Of a stretch of DNA of 55,378 nucleotides, positions 1-9,867 are shown piece by piece. The notes beneath the pieces were generated by a model. The model was not told where the DNA came from. It made no database searches and was given only the letters and a program-made list of their open reading frames with translations. The first letter of the stretch is position 1, and every line of letters begins with the position of its first letter. Where the stretch lies: the IMG/VR virus record IMGVR_UViG_3300020048_000016; one strand, written 5' to 3'. The stretch is from an uncultured virus (IMG/VR IMGVR_UViG_3300020048_000016) (taxonomy: Duplodnaviria; Heunggongvirae; Uroviricota; Caudoviricetes). A program made the translations under genes and the position numbers.

Positions 1-2
1 AA

Positions 3-149
3 AAATTACCAAACGACCAGGATCTAGGCAAGTATGTTAGATCATTAATCAGAGAGATAGAATCAAATGAGATCAAAGATATTGTAAAAGAATATCCAAA
101 TGATTTCGACTTAGGTAAACAACTAAGAAAAAAAATAAATCAAAAATAA
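3..149 (+). CDS. Partial (5'-truncated) small phage protein with two PNDxxLGKxxR repeats
   Basis: Manual translation: KLPNDQDLGKYVRSLIREIESNEIKDIVKEYPNDFDLGKQLRKKINQK*. Confidence 0.6.
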   Translation, partial: KLPNDQDLGKYVRSLIREIESNEIKDIVKEYPNDFDLGKQLRKKINQK

Positions 150-184
150 ATCAAAAAAAAGGATAATAATCGAAAAATAATCCT

Positions 185-192
185 TAGATTTG
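185..192 (+). promoter_or_regulatory. Bacteroidota sigma-A -7 element (TAGATTTG)
   Basis: Matches TAnnTTTG, upstream of the AAA ATPase gene. Confidence 0.55.
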
Positions 193-240
193 CAAAGAAG
201 AAAAATTAGTAATTAAATCGTAAATAAAACAAAAACAAAT

Positions 241-1392
241 ATGGAGAATAATGTAGAAGTTGCCGCTGCGCAAGAAAATGGTATGATGCCACAATGGATG
301 TTAGACAAATTGGATACTCTAACAGAGAAAGAAAGAGAGTACTTGGCAATTATGTGGCCTAAGTATGGTGTTTTATTCATAACATCGAAACCTGGTGTTG
401 CGAAGTCTGCAATCGGATTGTCAATTGCAACTAAGTTAGGATTTAGATACCTTGATATGCGTTTATCAATGTCTGATGAGTCCGATTTCAAATACCCATA
501 CTTAGAGGACTTAACACAAGATGGTCAAACTTTTAAAGTTTCTGGCTATGCTGTTCCTAAATGGGCTTTCGAATCTAATCAAAGACCAACTATCATTCAC
601 TTTGAAGAGTTGAACAGAGCCCCACAATTCGTAAGAAACGCGGCTTTACAAATCTTACTTGAACGCGAAATTGGTGATTTCAAATTCAACGATAACGTAC
701 TAATGATGGCTTCTGGTAACTTAGGTGACGAAGATGGTACAGACGTAGAAGAGTTCGATTCTGCTTTGAACAACCGTTTAATTCACGTAGATCACGTATT
801 ATCAGTTGATGAGTGGTTGAAAAACTTCGCAGTAGATAAATGTCACCGCTTAATCGTGAGCTACATCAAAACTCACCCTGAGCAAATCTACAAAACGAGT
901 GATAATATGAAGGGTTACGCAACACCGCGTTCTTGGACTATGCTTTCTAAGTTCATCACTCAAAACTATGGTAAAGAATCATCTGCAAGAGATTTCTTAC
1001 CATTGTTGAGAAAAGTGGCTCACGGGTATGTTGGAAACTCAGCAATGAAGTTCTTACAATATTGCGAAGATATGTTGAACATCTCAATCCAAGATGTAAT
1101 CAACAACTACGATGGAGTTAAGAAAGACTTGGCTAAATACAACCGAGACAAAAACTCTGAGTTAATCCAGTCATTGAAAGAGATTGACATCTCTACATTG
1201 AATGAGAAACAATTAGGTAACATCGTTAAATTCCTTGGTGGAGTTGGAGATGATGAGAAAACTGCTTACTTGTTGTGGATCTTAGACAACGTGGCGAACA
1301 TCGGCGAACCTAAGATGAAGAAGTTCTTACTTCAATTCGAAGACTTGTTGAGAACGATCAAAAAGATCAACAAACCTACTGCTAAGAAGTAA
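241..1392 (+). CDS. MoxR-like AAA+ ATPase
   Basis: Walker A-like SKPGVAKS, Walker B IIHFEELNRA, sensor MASGN, ALNNRL arginine finger, ATPRSW motif. Confidence 0.85.
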   Translation: MENNVEVAAAQENGMMPQWMLDKLDTLTEKEREYLAIMWPKYGVLFITSKPGVAKSAIGLSIATKLGFRYLDMRLSMSDESDFKYPYLEDLTQDGQTFKVSGYAVPKWAFESNQRPTIIHFEELNRAPQFVRNAALQILLEREIGDFKFNDNVLMMASGNLGDEDGTDVEEFDSALNNRLIHVDHVLSVDEWLKNFAVDKCHRLIVSYIKTHPEQIYKTSDNMKGYATPRSWTMLSKFITQNYGKESSARDFLPLLRKVAHGYVGNSAMKFLQYCEDMLNISIQDVINNYDGVKKDLAKYNRDKNSELIQSLKEIDISTLNEKQLGNIVKFLGGVGDDEKTAYLLWILDNVANIGEPKMKKFLLQFEDLLRTIKKINKPTAKK

Positions 1393-1407
1393 TTCAAAGC
1401 ATAGTAG

Positions 1408-1437
1408 AAAGGGTGTCACTTAGACACCCTTTTTTTT
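1408..1437 (+). terminator. Rho-independent terminator
   Basis: AAAGGGTGTC-ACTTA-GACACCCTTT hairpin followed by a T-tract. Confidence 0.8.
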
Positions 1438-1510
1438 AACTAGTTTTTTCAATAGAATAAACAAATTGGTAAGTCTACAATATAAGACTATACTATAATA
1501 ATCAAAGAAA

Positions 1511-2146
1511 ATGTTTAGAGACAAATTTAAGAAGTTTGGTGGGGATTTTATTCCGGATATAATAGAATACTTGAAAGGACAACTAGAAGTTGATCCTGGC
1601 TTAACTATTACAGCAGGATGTGATTCAATACAATTACGAAGAAGAACTGTTTACGCGGTTACTATTATGATGTATAATGGTGATGTTAAGAATGGTGCAC
1701 ACGTTGTTTTCTTCAGAGAGTCTTGTTCTAAAATTAGAGAAAACCAAGAAAGATTATACAAAGAAGCACAATATCTTCATGATCTTGGTACTTTCTTAGA
1801 TATAGAATTATCCGAATTCTATACAAGAAAAGATTTAAATGATTATGAAAGAAAGAGATATAAATATCATCTTGCTAAATGCAATCACGAATACTCTCAC
1901 GTTCCTGATCACCAAGAAGAAGGAGTTATTAAAAATTTATTAATGACACCTGCAGATAATATGGAATTCAAATTAGTTGACTTACATATTGACTTTAATC
2001 CATTTGAAGGAAATAGTGGTAAGAATAAATCTTATATCGCATATAAGAGTTTCGTTCCTTGGTTAAGAGGATTAGGATTTAGAGTTTGGGCAAAACCGAT
2101 GGCTCACGCGGCATCAACAGGAGCCGACCTTTTATTAAAAGATTAA
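1511..2146 (+). CDS. RNase H-like YkuK (DUF458) family protein
   Basis: GCDS, GAHV, ERLYKEA, DLHIDFN, KPMAHAASTGAD motifs. Confidence 0.7.
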   Translation: MFRDKFKKFGGDFIPDIIEYLKGQLEVDPGLTITAGCDSIQLRRRTVYAVTIMMYNGDVKNGAHVVFFRESCSKIRENQERLYKEAQYLHDLGTFLDIELSEFYTRKDLNDYERKRYKYHLAKCNHEYSHVPDHQEEGVIKNLLMTPADNMEFKLVDLHIDFNPFEGNSGKNKSYIAYKSFVPWLRGLGFRVWAKPMAHAASTGADLLLKD

Positions 2147-2156
2147 AATTAAATAT

Positions 2157-2309
2157 ATGAACGAAGTTAAATTTAAAATTTGGAATGATGATCAACCAAA
2201 TGAAGTTGTGGATAAAATAGCATCACAATTAAAATCTTATGGTTTAGAAGTTATTGAGTTAGATGGTGGTGATGGATTCAACGAATATGAAATAAAACCA
2301 TTAAAATAA
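2157..2309 (+). CDS. Small hypothetical protein (50 aa, not in ORF track)
   Basis: MNEVKFKIWNDDQPNEVVDKIASQLKSYGLEVIELDGGDGFNEYEIKPLK*; fills the intergenic gap. Confidence 0.6.
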   Translation: MNEVKFKIWNDDQPNEVVDKIASQLKSYGLEVIELDGGDGFNEYEIKPLK

Positions 2310-2316
2310 AATAGTT

Positions 2317-2910
2317 ATGAAAAGGAAACAATTAAAAGTTCTAGGATTATCATATAGCCAATCACAGATTGGTTCTTATGTGTTAGTTCTATCAGAGAAA
2401 AAAGGAAGTAGAAAACTACCTATTATTATAAAACCAGCAGAAGCTCAACAAATTGCTGTTAAAATCGAAGGTATTAAACCTGCTCGACCATTAACACACG
2501 ACTTGTTTAAGTCTTTAACTGATACTTTTCAAGTTGATATACAGGAAGTATTTATCTATTCATTAGCAGAAGGTATTTTCTACGCGAAGATGATTGCTAC
2601 TAATGGTGTTGATGAGACTGAAATCGATTGTACGATCGGTGATGCGGTTGCTTTATCATTAACATACAAATGTCCTATCTGGGTTAAATCTGATATACTT
2701 GATTCAGCAGGTATCTCTCTTAATGATGATGGTTCTGAGGTTACTGAGGATGATGATGATGCTGAAGATGAATTCTATGAGACACCAACGAAATCAAAAT
2801 CAGTTGATGATTTAGAACATCTTATGCAAAGTGCTATTGAGAATGAAGAATACGAAATCGCTGCTGAATTAAGAGATCGAATTCAAAAATTAAAAGATGG
2901 TCAATTATAA
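2317..2910 (+). CDS. Bifunctional nuclease (DUF151/BFN) with C-terminal UVR domain
   Basis: RKLPIII..EAQQIA, RPLTHDL, GIFYA, DAVAL; C-terminal AIENEEYEIAAELRD; Bacteroidota-type architecture. Confidence 0.85.
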   Translation: MKRKQLKVLGLSYSQSQIGSYVLVLSEKKGSRKLPIIIKPAEAQQIAVKIEGIKPARPLTHDLFKSLTDTFQVDIQEVFIYSLAEGIFYAKMIATNGVDETEIDCTIGDAVALSLTYKCPIWVKSDILDSAGISLNDDGSEVTEDDDDAEDEFYETPTKSKSVDDLEHLMQSAIENEEYEIAAELRDRIQKLKDGQL

Positions 2911-3230
2911 TGCAAAAAGTAATTGACTATTTATTATCAATTGGATATGATTGTGTTAAATCACCAAAGTCTGGTTATTCATCTATTGTACCTGGTGGTA
3001 TATGTAGTATCTATAAAAAAGATAATTCAAGTTGGATCTTTGGATTAAATGAAAAAGGACATCATCCAACATTAATTTATCCAAGACCTTATAAAGATAT
3101 ATCTTATGAGAAAGACGGTGAATTTTTCATAGGAAAAACTAAAATGAGAGATTCTGAAATACATACTTATCTAGATAGTAAGAAACCTGATGAAATTTTT
3201 GAAGAGTTAAATTATATTTCAAGAGTATAA
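2910..3230 (+). CDS. Hypothetical protein
   Basis: ORF coupled to the upstream stop. Confidence 0.6.
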   Translation: MQKVIDYLLSIGYDCVKSPKSGYSSIVPGGICSIYKKDNSSWIFGLNEKGHHPTLIYPRPYKDISYEKDGEFFIGKTKMRDSEIHTYLDSKKPDEIFEELNYISRV

Positions 3231-3563
3231 AAACTTTTCGTACTTCTTTTCATCCTTTATATTAATCTCCATAATTGTTTCTTTTAATGGTGTTGTGAAT
3301 GTTATCAAAACATAAGAAAGATAATCACTCTCAACACCATTTAATAATTCATCTAAGAGTAATTCTCTCTCATCTTCTTTATTCAAACGTTCACCAGTAT
3401 CTATTCTAAGATTGATCTTCCAGGGAAGTCTTTTTGTAACATAAGTAAGTACAGACATCTTATATACATTAGGTTGTCTAATCTGTCTTTTAAATAAAAA
3501 TACTGCAAATATAACTACCTTAGTTATGTATTGGTGATAAACTTCATTTATATCAAGTTTCAT
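3219..3563 (-). CDS. Hypothetical protein, third gene of the GT2 cluster
   Basis: Starts 3 nt after the barrel gene; contains internal ERELLLDELL motif. Confidence 0.55.
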   Translation of the reverse strand: MKLDINEVYHQYITKVVIFAVFLFKRQIRQPNVYKMSVLTYVTKRLPWKINLRIDTGERLNKEDERELLLDELLNGVESDYLSYVLITFTTPLKETIMEINIKDEKKYEKFLYS

Positions 3564-3566
3564 ATC

Positions 3567-4496
3567 TTATTTATCAGAAACCTTCTTGTTCGCAAAGGTA
3601 TAATAAACTTTAAATGTAAATGTGTTATATAAATAAGTATTGAAATTTCTAGAAGATAACGCAAACTCATAATTCCATTTAGATTTTAAGTCAGTAGTTA
3701 CTTTTAAATCTAAATTGAACATATACATATAATAATTATCAATCTCTTGAACACCTGCTCCAAAATAAAACTTTGTAGTAAACTTATCTTTATAAACCGG
3801 TTTATAAAAACCATATCCAATATTATATTGATTTATATAATTAGGACTGAAATAATATGGTGACCACTCACCACCATACATTTTTCTAACTTTAAGATCC
3901 ACATATGATCTATTTTTAATAGTAGATATAAATCTCATAGTTTGAAACCATCTACGATTACCATCACTTATATCATTATAAGCTAAACTATTAACTAACG
4001 TTAATCTTCTAGTTAATCTAAAATCAACAGATAAACCGGTGAATGAAGAAATGTATCTAAGATTATTAGTTACCGGTGTACCAATAGTTTCTCTTTCTCT
4101 GTATAATTCATATGCAAACTTTTTTCTACTATATCTTATATACCCATCATAAAACATAGGTGACCAATCTTTTGAAGATAAGAATGATAAGTTAAAACTA
4201 CCACATAATCTATTACTATATTTATATGATACATTTGTTCTTAAATCAGTATAATGATTTTCAAGACCATTATAGAAATAACATCTCCATCCGATCATAG
4301 GAGTTACTGATAGTAATCTATCTGGTTTTAATGTGTCTTTTGGATGAAATGTGAAATTCTTTTCATAACCAACATATTCTTTAAATGATGATTGATATGC
4401 ATTATCATTTGTTAAATATGTATGTGATAGAAATCTATCTTGTGACATACTAAAAAATGTTATAAACGAAATTAAAAATACTAGTAAACTTCTCAT
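3567..4496 (-). CDS. Predicted outer-membrane beta-barrel protein
   Basis: Signal-peptide-like MRSLLVFLISFITFFSMSQ; alternating aromatic strands; FTFKVYYTF near the C-terminus; ATGA overlap with the GT2 gene. Confidence 0.55.
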   Translation of the reverse strand: MRSLLVFLISFITFFSMSQDRFLSHTYLTNDNAYQSSFKEYVGYEKNFTFHPKDTLKPDRLLSVTPMIGWRCYFYNGLENHYTDLRTNVSYKYSNRLCGSFNLSFLSSKDWSPMFYDGYIRYSRKKFAYELYRERETIGTPVTNNLRYISSFTGLSVDFRLTRRLTLVNSLAYNDISDGNRRWFQTMRFISTIKNRSYVDLKVRKMYGGEWSPYYFSPNYINQYNIGYGFYKPVYKDKFTTKFYFGAGVQEIDNYYMYMFNLDLKVTTDLKSKWNYEFALSSRNFNTYLYNTFTFKVYYTFANKKVSDK

Positions 4497-5797
4497 TTCC
4501 AAACTCTCTTTCTTTTGAATAACTCTGACAAATAACCTGCTAATGTTGCTGGAGTCATAATGAATTGATATAAAAACATATAAAGAATGTAACTAACATT
4601 CTTATTTAACATACTTATATTTAATTTGTTAAGTTCTTTCTTTTGTATTCTGAAAATAATAGAACTATAAATGAAAGTTATTGGTAATAAATAAAGTGTC
4701 ATACTACCAGCAAGTAAGTGAAAGCCAAATATAAGTGCGATTAAAACACCCGGAACAAATATAAATATGAATGTTAAATCTATATAAGGAAACATTAGAT
4801 TATACCAAATGAAAAAAGCATACATCTCTCTTCTGAATAATAAATTAGGGTATCTTCTGAATGCTTCAATTAAACCTCTGGACCATCTTTTTCTTTGTCT
4901 GTAAAATATCTTATAAGTCGTTGGTACATTTGTCCAGCAAATTGCTTCTTCCGAATGATCTATATAATAACCAGCATTTAACATAGCCCAAGAAAGAACT
5001 ATATCTTCACCGATCTTATCTGGCCAACCACCAACTTCTTCTAATACGGATCTTCTATAAATTGAAAACGCACCTTGTGCAACCAGAGTTCCTTTATACA
5101 TAGATTGTATTCTCTTAACTGCAGATATACCTAAAAGGTAATCCCAGTCCTGTAACTTAGCAATAAATGAATCATTATAATTTTTACATAATATAGAACC
5201 AGCAACCGCAGCATAAGTATCATCTTTGTTAAGCATAGTATTTACTATACTTTTAAGAGCACCTGGGTGTAATTCAGAATCCGCATCCAATGTTAGTACA
5301 TATTCACATCTTATTTCTTTAAGTGCTAAGTTTAAAACATTTGCTTTACCAATATTAACTGGTGCATCACAAAGTCTAATTCTAACTTTTCTTTTACTTT
5401 TATTTGCGATGAAACCTAATACAATTCCTTTTGTATTGTCAGTTGATCCATCATTTGCTACAATAACATCTATAAAATTATCATAATCCTGATCAATAAT
5501 TGATTTAAGAGTTCTTTCAATAGTATCTTCTTCGTTATATGCTGCTACAATTATAGATATTTGAGGACATTCTTTTAAATCATCATATTTAGGTCTTTTA
5601 TCCATCAATAACGATGAATTTACAAATGACATAGCGACACCTGGTATAAGAGCCATACCGGTAACGCCGAACCAAGCCAACCAAAGTGGAACATATCTAG
5701 ATATCTCACCGATCCAAGGAATTGCAAATATCAAACTGAATAATAACCAAAGGATTGAATAGATTATAGCAGTCCTATATTTGCTTTTTAGTTTCAT
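4493..5797 (-). CDS. Processive membrane GT2, PgaC/IcaA-like poly-GlcNAc synthase
   Basis: AAYNEE, NDGSTD, GKA, LDAD, GAFSIYR, GED and QRKRW motifs; N- and C-terminal TM helices. Confidence 0.8.
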   Translation of the reverse strand: MKLKSKYRTAIIYSILWLLFSLIFAIPWIGEISRYVPLWLAWFGVTGMALIPGVAMSFVNSSLLMDKRPKYDDLKECPQISIIVAAYNEEDTIERTLKSIIDQDYDNFIDVIVANDGSTDNTKGIVLGFIANKSKRKVRIRLCDAPVNIGKANVLNLALKEIRCEYVLTLDADSELHPGALKSIVNTMLNKDDTYAAVAGSILCKNYNDSFIAKLQDWDYLLGISAVKRIQSMYKGTLVAQGAFSIYRRSVLEEVGGWPDKIGEDIVLSWAMLNAGYYIDHSEEAICWTNVPTTYKIFYRQRKRWSRGLIEAFRRYPNLLFRREMYAFFIWYNLMFPYIDLTFIFIFVPGVLIALIFGFHLLAGSMTLYLLPITFIYSSIIFRIQKKELNKLNISMLNKNVSYILYMFLYQFIMTPATLAGYLSELFKRKRVWK

Positions 5798-5906
5798 TAA
5801 TGTATATATTTAATACTGAAACAAAATAACCAGGATACCTTGAAAATCAGCAATTTTGCGCAATTATATTTTAAAAAACTTTTTAATATTTACTCATATA
5901 ATATCT

Positions 5907-6932
5907 ATGAAAGAATTAAAAGTAATATCGTTGTTCTCTGGATATGGAACTCAAGAACTAGCACTAAACTATTGTGGAATAAACTACAAAAACATCGCAA
6001 ATTGTGATATTCTTAAAACCGCAAACGAAGCTTATGACTCATTACATGTAACTAAATTTGGTAACCTTGGTGATGTTATGAAAGTTGATGAGAAAACATT
6101 TCCTGATTGTGATTTATTAACATATTCATTTCCTTGTCAAGATATATCACTTGCCGGGAACCAGAGAGGAATTAAAAAAGGAACTAGATCTGGACTTCTA
6201 TATGAAGTAGAGAGAATAGTAGCACACAACAAGCCAAAGTATTTACTTATGGAGAATGTTAAGAATTTGGTTTCTAAGAATCATATGAGTAACTTCCAAG
6301 ACTTCATCGATACATTGACTTCAATTGGTTATGGAAGTTCTTGGATCGTTCTTAATGGCGCAGATTTCGGTTGTCCACAGAATAGAGAAAGAGTTTTTAT
6401 GATGTCTGTATTAGATGAGACACACGAAGAAGTAAGAAATAAACTTTATAATGTTGTTAAGATACCTAGATCAGCAGGTACGACAGTTCCGATGAGACCA
6501 TTCTTAGAATCAAATGTTGATAGTAGTTTATATGTAAATGATACATATGAGTTAAGTAAAACTTCTAAAGCATCAACTTGTCATTTAGTTGCTAAAAGAG
6601 ATAACATTAAATTTGATCAAAGAAGAAGAATTTATAGTATAGATGGTGCATCACCAACATTAGATATCGTAGGTGCAGGTAGTTTACCACAGATCATGAT
6701 GGAAGATAAAAGATTTAGATCTATTACACCAAGAGAAGGTTATAGATTTATGGGAGTTAGAGATAATGATATTGATAAGTTATTAACTACTAGTTTATCA
6801 AATAGACATCATTTAGCACTAGCAGGTAATTCTATTTGTGTTCCAGTAATGGAAGCAATATTTAATAAGTTTTTCCAAGAGTATAAAAAATCAACTGAGT
6901 TTTCAACATCTGAATTAGAAAAAAAAAATTAA
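5907..6932 (+). CDS. dcm: DNA (cytosine-5) methyltransferase
   Basis: LFSGYG (motif I), FPCQD (IV), ENV (VI), QNRER (VIII), GNS (X); likely start MKELKV at 5907. Confidence 0.92.
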   Translation: MKELKVISLFSGYGTQELALNYCGINYKNIANCDILKTANEAYDSLHVTKFGNLGDVMKVDEKTFPDCDLLTYSFPCQDISLAGNQRGIKKGTRSGLLYEVERIVAHNKPKYLLMENVKNLVSKNHMSNFQDFIDTLTSIGYGSSWIVLNGADFGCPQNRERVFMMSVLDETHEEVRNKLYNVVKIPRSAGTTVPMRPFLESNVDSSLYVNDTYELSKTSKASTCHLVAKRDNIKFDQRRRIYSIDGASPTLDIVGAGSLPQIMMEDKRFRSITPREGYRFMGVRDNDIDKLLTTSLSNRHHLALAGNSICVPVMEAIFNKFFQEYKKSTEFSTSELEKKN

Positions 6933-6956
6933 TTAGGTTATTCGGATAACCTGTAT

Positions 6957-6964
6957 TATATTTG
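6957..6964 (+). promoter_or_regulatory. Bacteroidota -7 element (TATATTTG)
   Basis: TAnnTTTG ending 15 nt before the ATG at 6980. Confidence 0.55.
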
Positions 6965-6979
6965 TATAAAATTAGAGAT

Positions 6980-7828
6980 ATGGATTATAATAAGGAAGAG
7001 TTATTCGATAAAATCGAAAGATTGAAAGTTGAAAAGATTGGTGGAACAGTTGTTACCAAGTATAACGACAATGTTATTAGAACAGTTCACGTTTCTCCAA
7101 TATATGAGGTCTTTGATATTGTTAAGTATTTAAAAGATAAGATTTCTCTTATCGAGAATAACTTTACTATTAAAGAATATGGACTTAGAATTAAAGGAGG
7201 TATTCAATACCTTCAATTATATTCTGATGAAATTACTATTGGTGGTAAAAAATTCATTAAGATGTTCAACATCTTAAATTCAACTGATAAAACTAGAAAG
7301 TTGAGTTTCAACACCGGTCTTTATTGTGTTAGTGACAATTACTTCCTTGTCTCAGGTGGTAGTGATGTTTCTTTAACAAAAAGACATACTACAGGTGTGA
7401 CAAACTTCGCTGAAACCGCAAGTGAATCATTAAACGGTGAAACATTTAATGAGCAAGTTGAATCATTAGATAGTTTAGTTGGACACAAAGTAGCATTCTC
7501 AAAAGTTAGAGAGTTGATCTTAGGTGATAAAGAAAACATACCTAATGTAAATCATAAAAAGTTTGATGCTTTTAGAAACTCAATTTATTGGGACATACAA
7601 AAAGATCTTTCAGATACGAGTAAAAACATATTATGTACTAGATCAGAAAGACTTAAAACGGTTGAAAAGAAAGATGATTTTTACATACAAGCATTTGATG
7701 TGCTAAAACACTATCTTAAATTGTTTAAGAAAGAAGATTCTAGTATCATCAAAAACGAAACTGAGAAGATTATGAAGATCACTCAGTCTGCAGTTAGAAA
7801 TGATATCTTAGAAATGTTAGGTATTTAA
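6980..7828 (+). CDS. Hypothetical protein, DUF932-like, with C-terminal tag
   Basis: ILNSTD..KLSFNTGLY..KRH pattern; ends VRNDILEMLGI. Confidence 0.5.
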   Translation: MDYNKEELFDKIERLKVEKIGGTVVTKYNDNVIRTVHVSPIYEVFDIVKYLKDKISLIENNFTIKEYGLRIKGGIQYLQLYSDEITIGGKKFIKMFNILNSTDKTRKLSFNTGLYCVSDNYFLVSGGSDVSLTKRHTTGVTNFAETASESLNGETFNEQVESLDSLVGHKVAFSKVRELILGDKENIPNVNHKKFDAFRNSIYWDIQKDLSDTSKNILCTRSERLKTVEKKDDFYIQAFDVLKHYLKLFKKEDSSIIKNETEKIMKITQSAVRNDILEMLGI

Positions 7829-7861
7829 TAAACAAATTCGTCTCTCATTAATACAAATAAG

Positions 7862-8596
7862 ATGAGAGACGAATTACTTAAAAGACTTGAATGTTTTAAT
7901 GATCCTGAATTCTTATTTGATCCAGGACTTCACAAATACACCTATCACGGTGATACATTCCAATCAGTTACTCAGTTCATAGGACAGTTTCACGAACCTT
8001 TTGATACAGAAAAATGGTCGAAGATCAAGGCAGATCAAGCAGGTGTTGATCAGTCTGAAATCAAAAAAGAATGGAAACGTCTTAACGATTACGCGAATGA
8101 GATCGGTACTGATACACACAATTACATAGAATTTTACTATAAGAAAGTATATCAAGAGATACCAACTAACTTAGATCTTCTACACAGAATATCAAAATTC
8201 CAAAAAATACACGCTAAACAATTACACAAGTTAGAACCTCTTGCTTTTGAAGTTAGAGTATTTTCTAAGAAGTGGAAGAAAGCAGGAATGATTGATTCTT
8301 TGTTTATAAAGGATGGTAAGATATTTATTCTAGACTGGAAAACGAATAAAGAGTTTAGAGATGATGATCATCCAAAAGGTTCTTATCATAAATTATTAGA
8401 ACCTTTTGATGATTTCTATGAAAATCATCATAATGAATATTCTATACAATTATCAATGTACGCGGCTATATTAGAAGAGTGGGGATTTGAAGTTGGTGGT
8501 GCTTACCTAGTTCATATTGGACCTGGTGATGAAGAAGCCAAATTAATAAAGGTTAAAGATATGAGAAAATATATTAGAAAATATTTTACTGATTAA
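7862..8596 (+). CDS. Cas4-like PD-(D/E)XK exonuclease
   Basis: HKY, SVT, GTDTH, AGMID, LDWKT, YSIQLSMY. Confidence 0.85.
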   Translation: MRDELLKRLECFNDPEFLFDPGLHKYTYHGDTFQSVTQFIGQFHEPFDTEKWSKIKADQAGVDQSEIKKEWKRLNDYANEIGTDTHNYIEFYYKKVYQEIPTNLDLLHRISKFQKIHAKQLHKLEPLAFEVRVFSKKWKKAGMIDSLFIKDGKIFILDWKTNKEFRDDDHPKGSYHKLLEPFDDFYENHHNEYSIQLSMYAAILEEWGFEVGGAYLVHIGPGDEEAKLIKVKDMRKYIRKYFTD

Positions 8597-8614
8597 TATT
8601 TTATATATAGTTTT

Positions 8615-8884
8615 ATGGAAAATAAATATATTAAAACTTTTGAATCATATATGTCAAACGATGAAATAATATCAGCTATAGAAAAACTTTCAAAAGATGA
8701 GAGAGAATTTTTAATCAACTTCGGAGACGAAAGTGTTTTGAGAAAGATGTTATCATCAGTAGAAATAAAATCTTGTAACAAACTTGTTAAAAAGGGAGTT
8801 ATGGAGAAAGGAATGTTTGATGGATCTGAAGGTAGATCTACGGTTGTTTATTATGTAGATTCATTTGTTAGAAAAAGATTATAA
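8615..8884 (+). CDS. Hypothetical protein with N-terminal leader (KYIKTFESY), possibly winged-helix
   Basis: Leader motif; TTATATATAG immediately upstream. Confidence 0.6.
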   Translation: MENKYIKTFESYMSNDEIISAIEKLSKDEREFLINFGDESVLRKMLSSVEIKSCNKLVKKGVMEKGMFDGSEGRSTVVYYVDSFVRKRL

Positions 8885-8914
8885 AAAAAGCCACTCGATT
8901 TGAGTGGCTTTTTT
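8884..8914. terminator. Bidirectional terminator, CACTC/GAGTG family
   Basis: AAAAAAGCCACTCGATTTGAGTGGCTTTTTT between convergent genes. Confidence 0.8.
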
Positions 8915-8915
8915 A

Positions 8916-9236
8916 TTAATATTTACTTGAACGAATTGTTTTCATTGTTTTTAAAGCACTATACATCTTCTTAAAACGTATACCTTCATCAGAATTTATA
9001 AATTCTTGCCATTTTCCAATTTTTTGCAATTCTTTCATATAGTGATCGATCGCTCTTGGTTCATCAAATTTTGTGCTAATTTGTTTTACCAATTCTTTAT
9101 ATTGATCTTCTATGCTTTTTTCAGGTTCAACTTCTTTTTCAGGTTCAACTTCTTGATTATTTTTACCTACGATGAAATCTTTAACTTTACCAAAAATTGA
9201 TTCATTAAACTCTTCTACACTTTTTAAATATTTCAT
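8916..9236 (-). CDS. Hypothetical protein with N-terminal leader
   Basis: MKYLKSVEEFNESIFGK; EVEPEK repeated twice. Confidence 0.65.
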   Translation of the reverse strand: MKYLKSVEEFNESIFGKVKDFIVGKNNQEVEPEKEVEPEKSIEDQYKELVKQISTKFDEPRAIDHYMKELQKIGKWQEFINSDEGIRFKKMYSALKTMKTIRSSKY

Positions 9237-9276
9237 ATAATATTTTATTTTTTATTATATATTTAAATTTTAAAAC

Positions 9277-9305
9277 AAAAAAAGTCACTCAATGAGTGAC
9301 TTTTT
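9277..9305 (-). terminator. Terminator, CACTC/GAGTG family
   Basis: AAAAAAAGTCACTCAATGAGTGACTTTTT. Confidence 0.75.
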
Positions 9306-9307
9306 AA

Positions 9308-9823
9308 TTATGCTTGTTCTATAGTTACTTTTGTCTCTTCAACATCTGCTAATTTAGTAGCCGTTACAGTTTCAGTGAACTCTAAATATAAGTTTTTAGC
9401 TTTAAGTAATTCTAATACTTCATTAGTAATCTCAAATTTTTCTTTAAGAAAAACAACTTCCATTTTACCAATAACCATATCAACATTGTTAGCAACTGAC
9501 CATTCATCTATGATAGTAGAAAGTTCATCATATGTTACTCGGTTAAGTTCATCCTGTGCTTTCTTCATAGTTGATTTAAATTCAGAATCAATTGCCATTG
9601 CACCTTCCTGAAGTTCATTGAATTTTATTTCACTTTCACTTTGAGATTTCTCATCCATAATTAAACCACTATTTGCTGCTTTAATTATTTTTTCCATCTC
9701 ATTTTTAAGTGGGTCCAACTTTTTGATAAAAGAATTTCTAACTTCTGATAAGTTTATAATTCCGTCTTGATAATTTTTGTAGTTCCTTGTAAGGATGTCA
9801 AAATCTACTACTCTTAATTCCAT
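9308..9823 (-). CDS. OmpH/Skp-like protein lacking a signal peptide
   Basis: VVDFDIL N-terminal strand, long coiled coil, VDMVI...FEITNEVLELL C-terminal signature. Confidence 0.7.
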   Translation of the reverse strand: MELRVVDFDILTRNYKNYQDGIINLSEVRNSFIKKLDPLKNEMEKIIKAANSGLIMDEKSQSESEIKFNELQEGAMAIDSEFKSTMKKAQDELNRVTYDELSTIIDEWSVANNVDMVIGKMEVVFLKEKFEITNEVLELLKAKNLYLEFTETVTATKLADVEETKVTIEQA

Positions 9824-9867
9824 AAAATATATTTTTTCTTATTTATAGTTTTAATAAGTCAAAATGT

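Noticed and set aside
2800..2910. C-terminal tag being a UVR-domain fragment (LRDRIQKL)
   Set aside because: Spacing differs (RDxI versus RDxKI) and tag carriers lack the upstream EEYExAA helix.
7862..8596. CRISPR-Cas locus based on the Cas4-like gene
   Set aside because: Stand-alone PD-(D/E)XK exonucleases are common in phages; no array or other cas genes in the window.
5907..8596. Complete restriction-modification system
   Set aside because: No recognisable cognate endonuclease next to dcm; an orphan protective methyltransferase is more likely.
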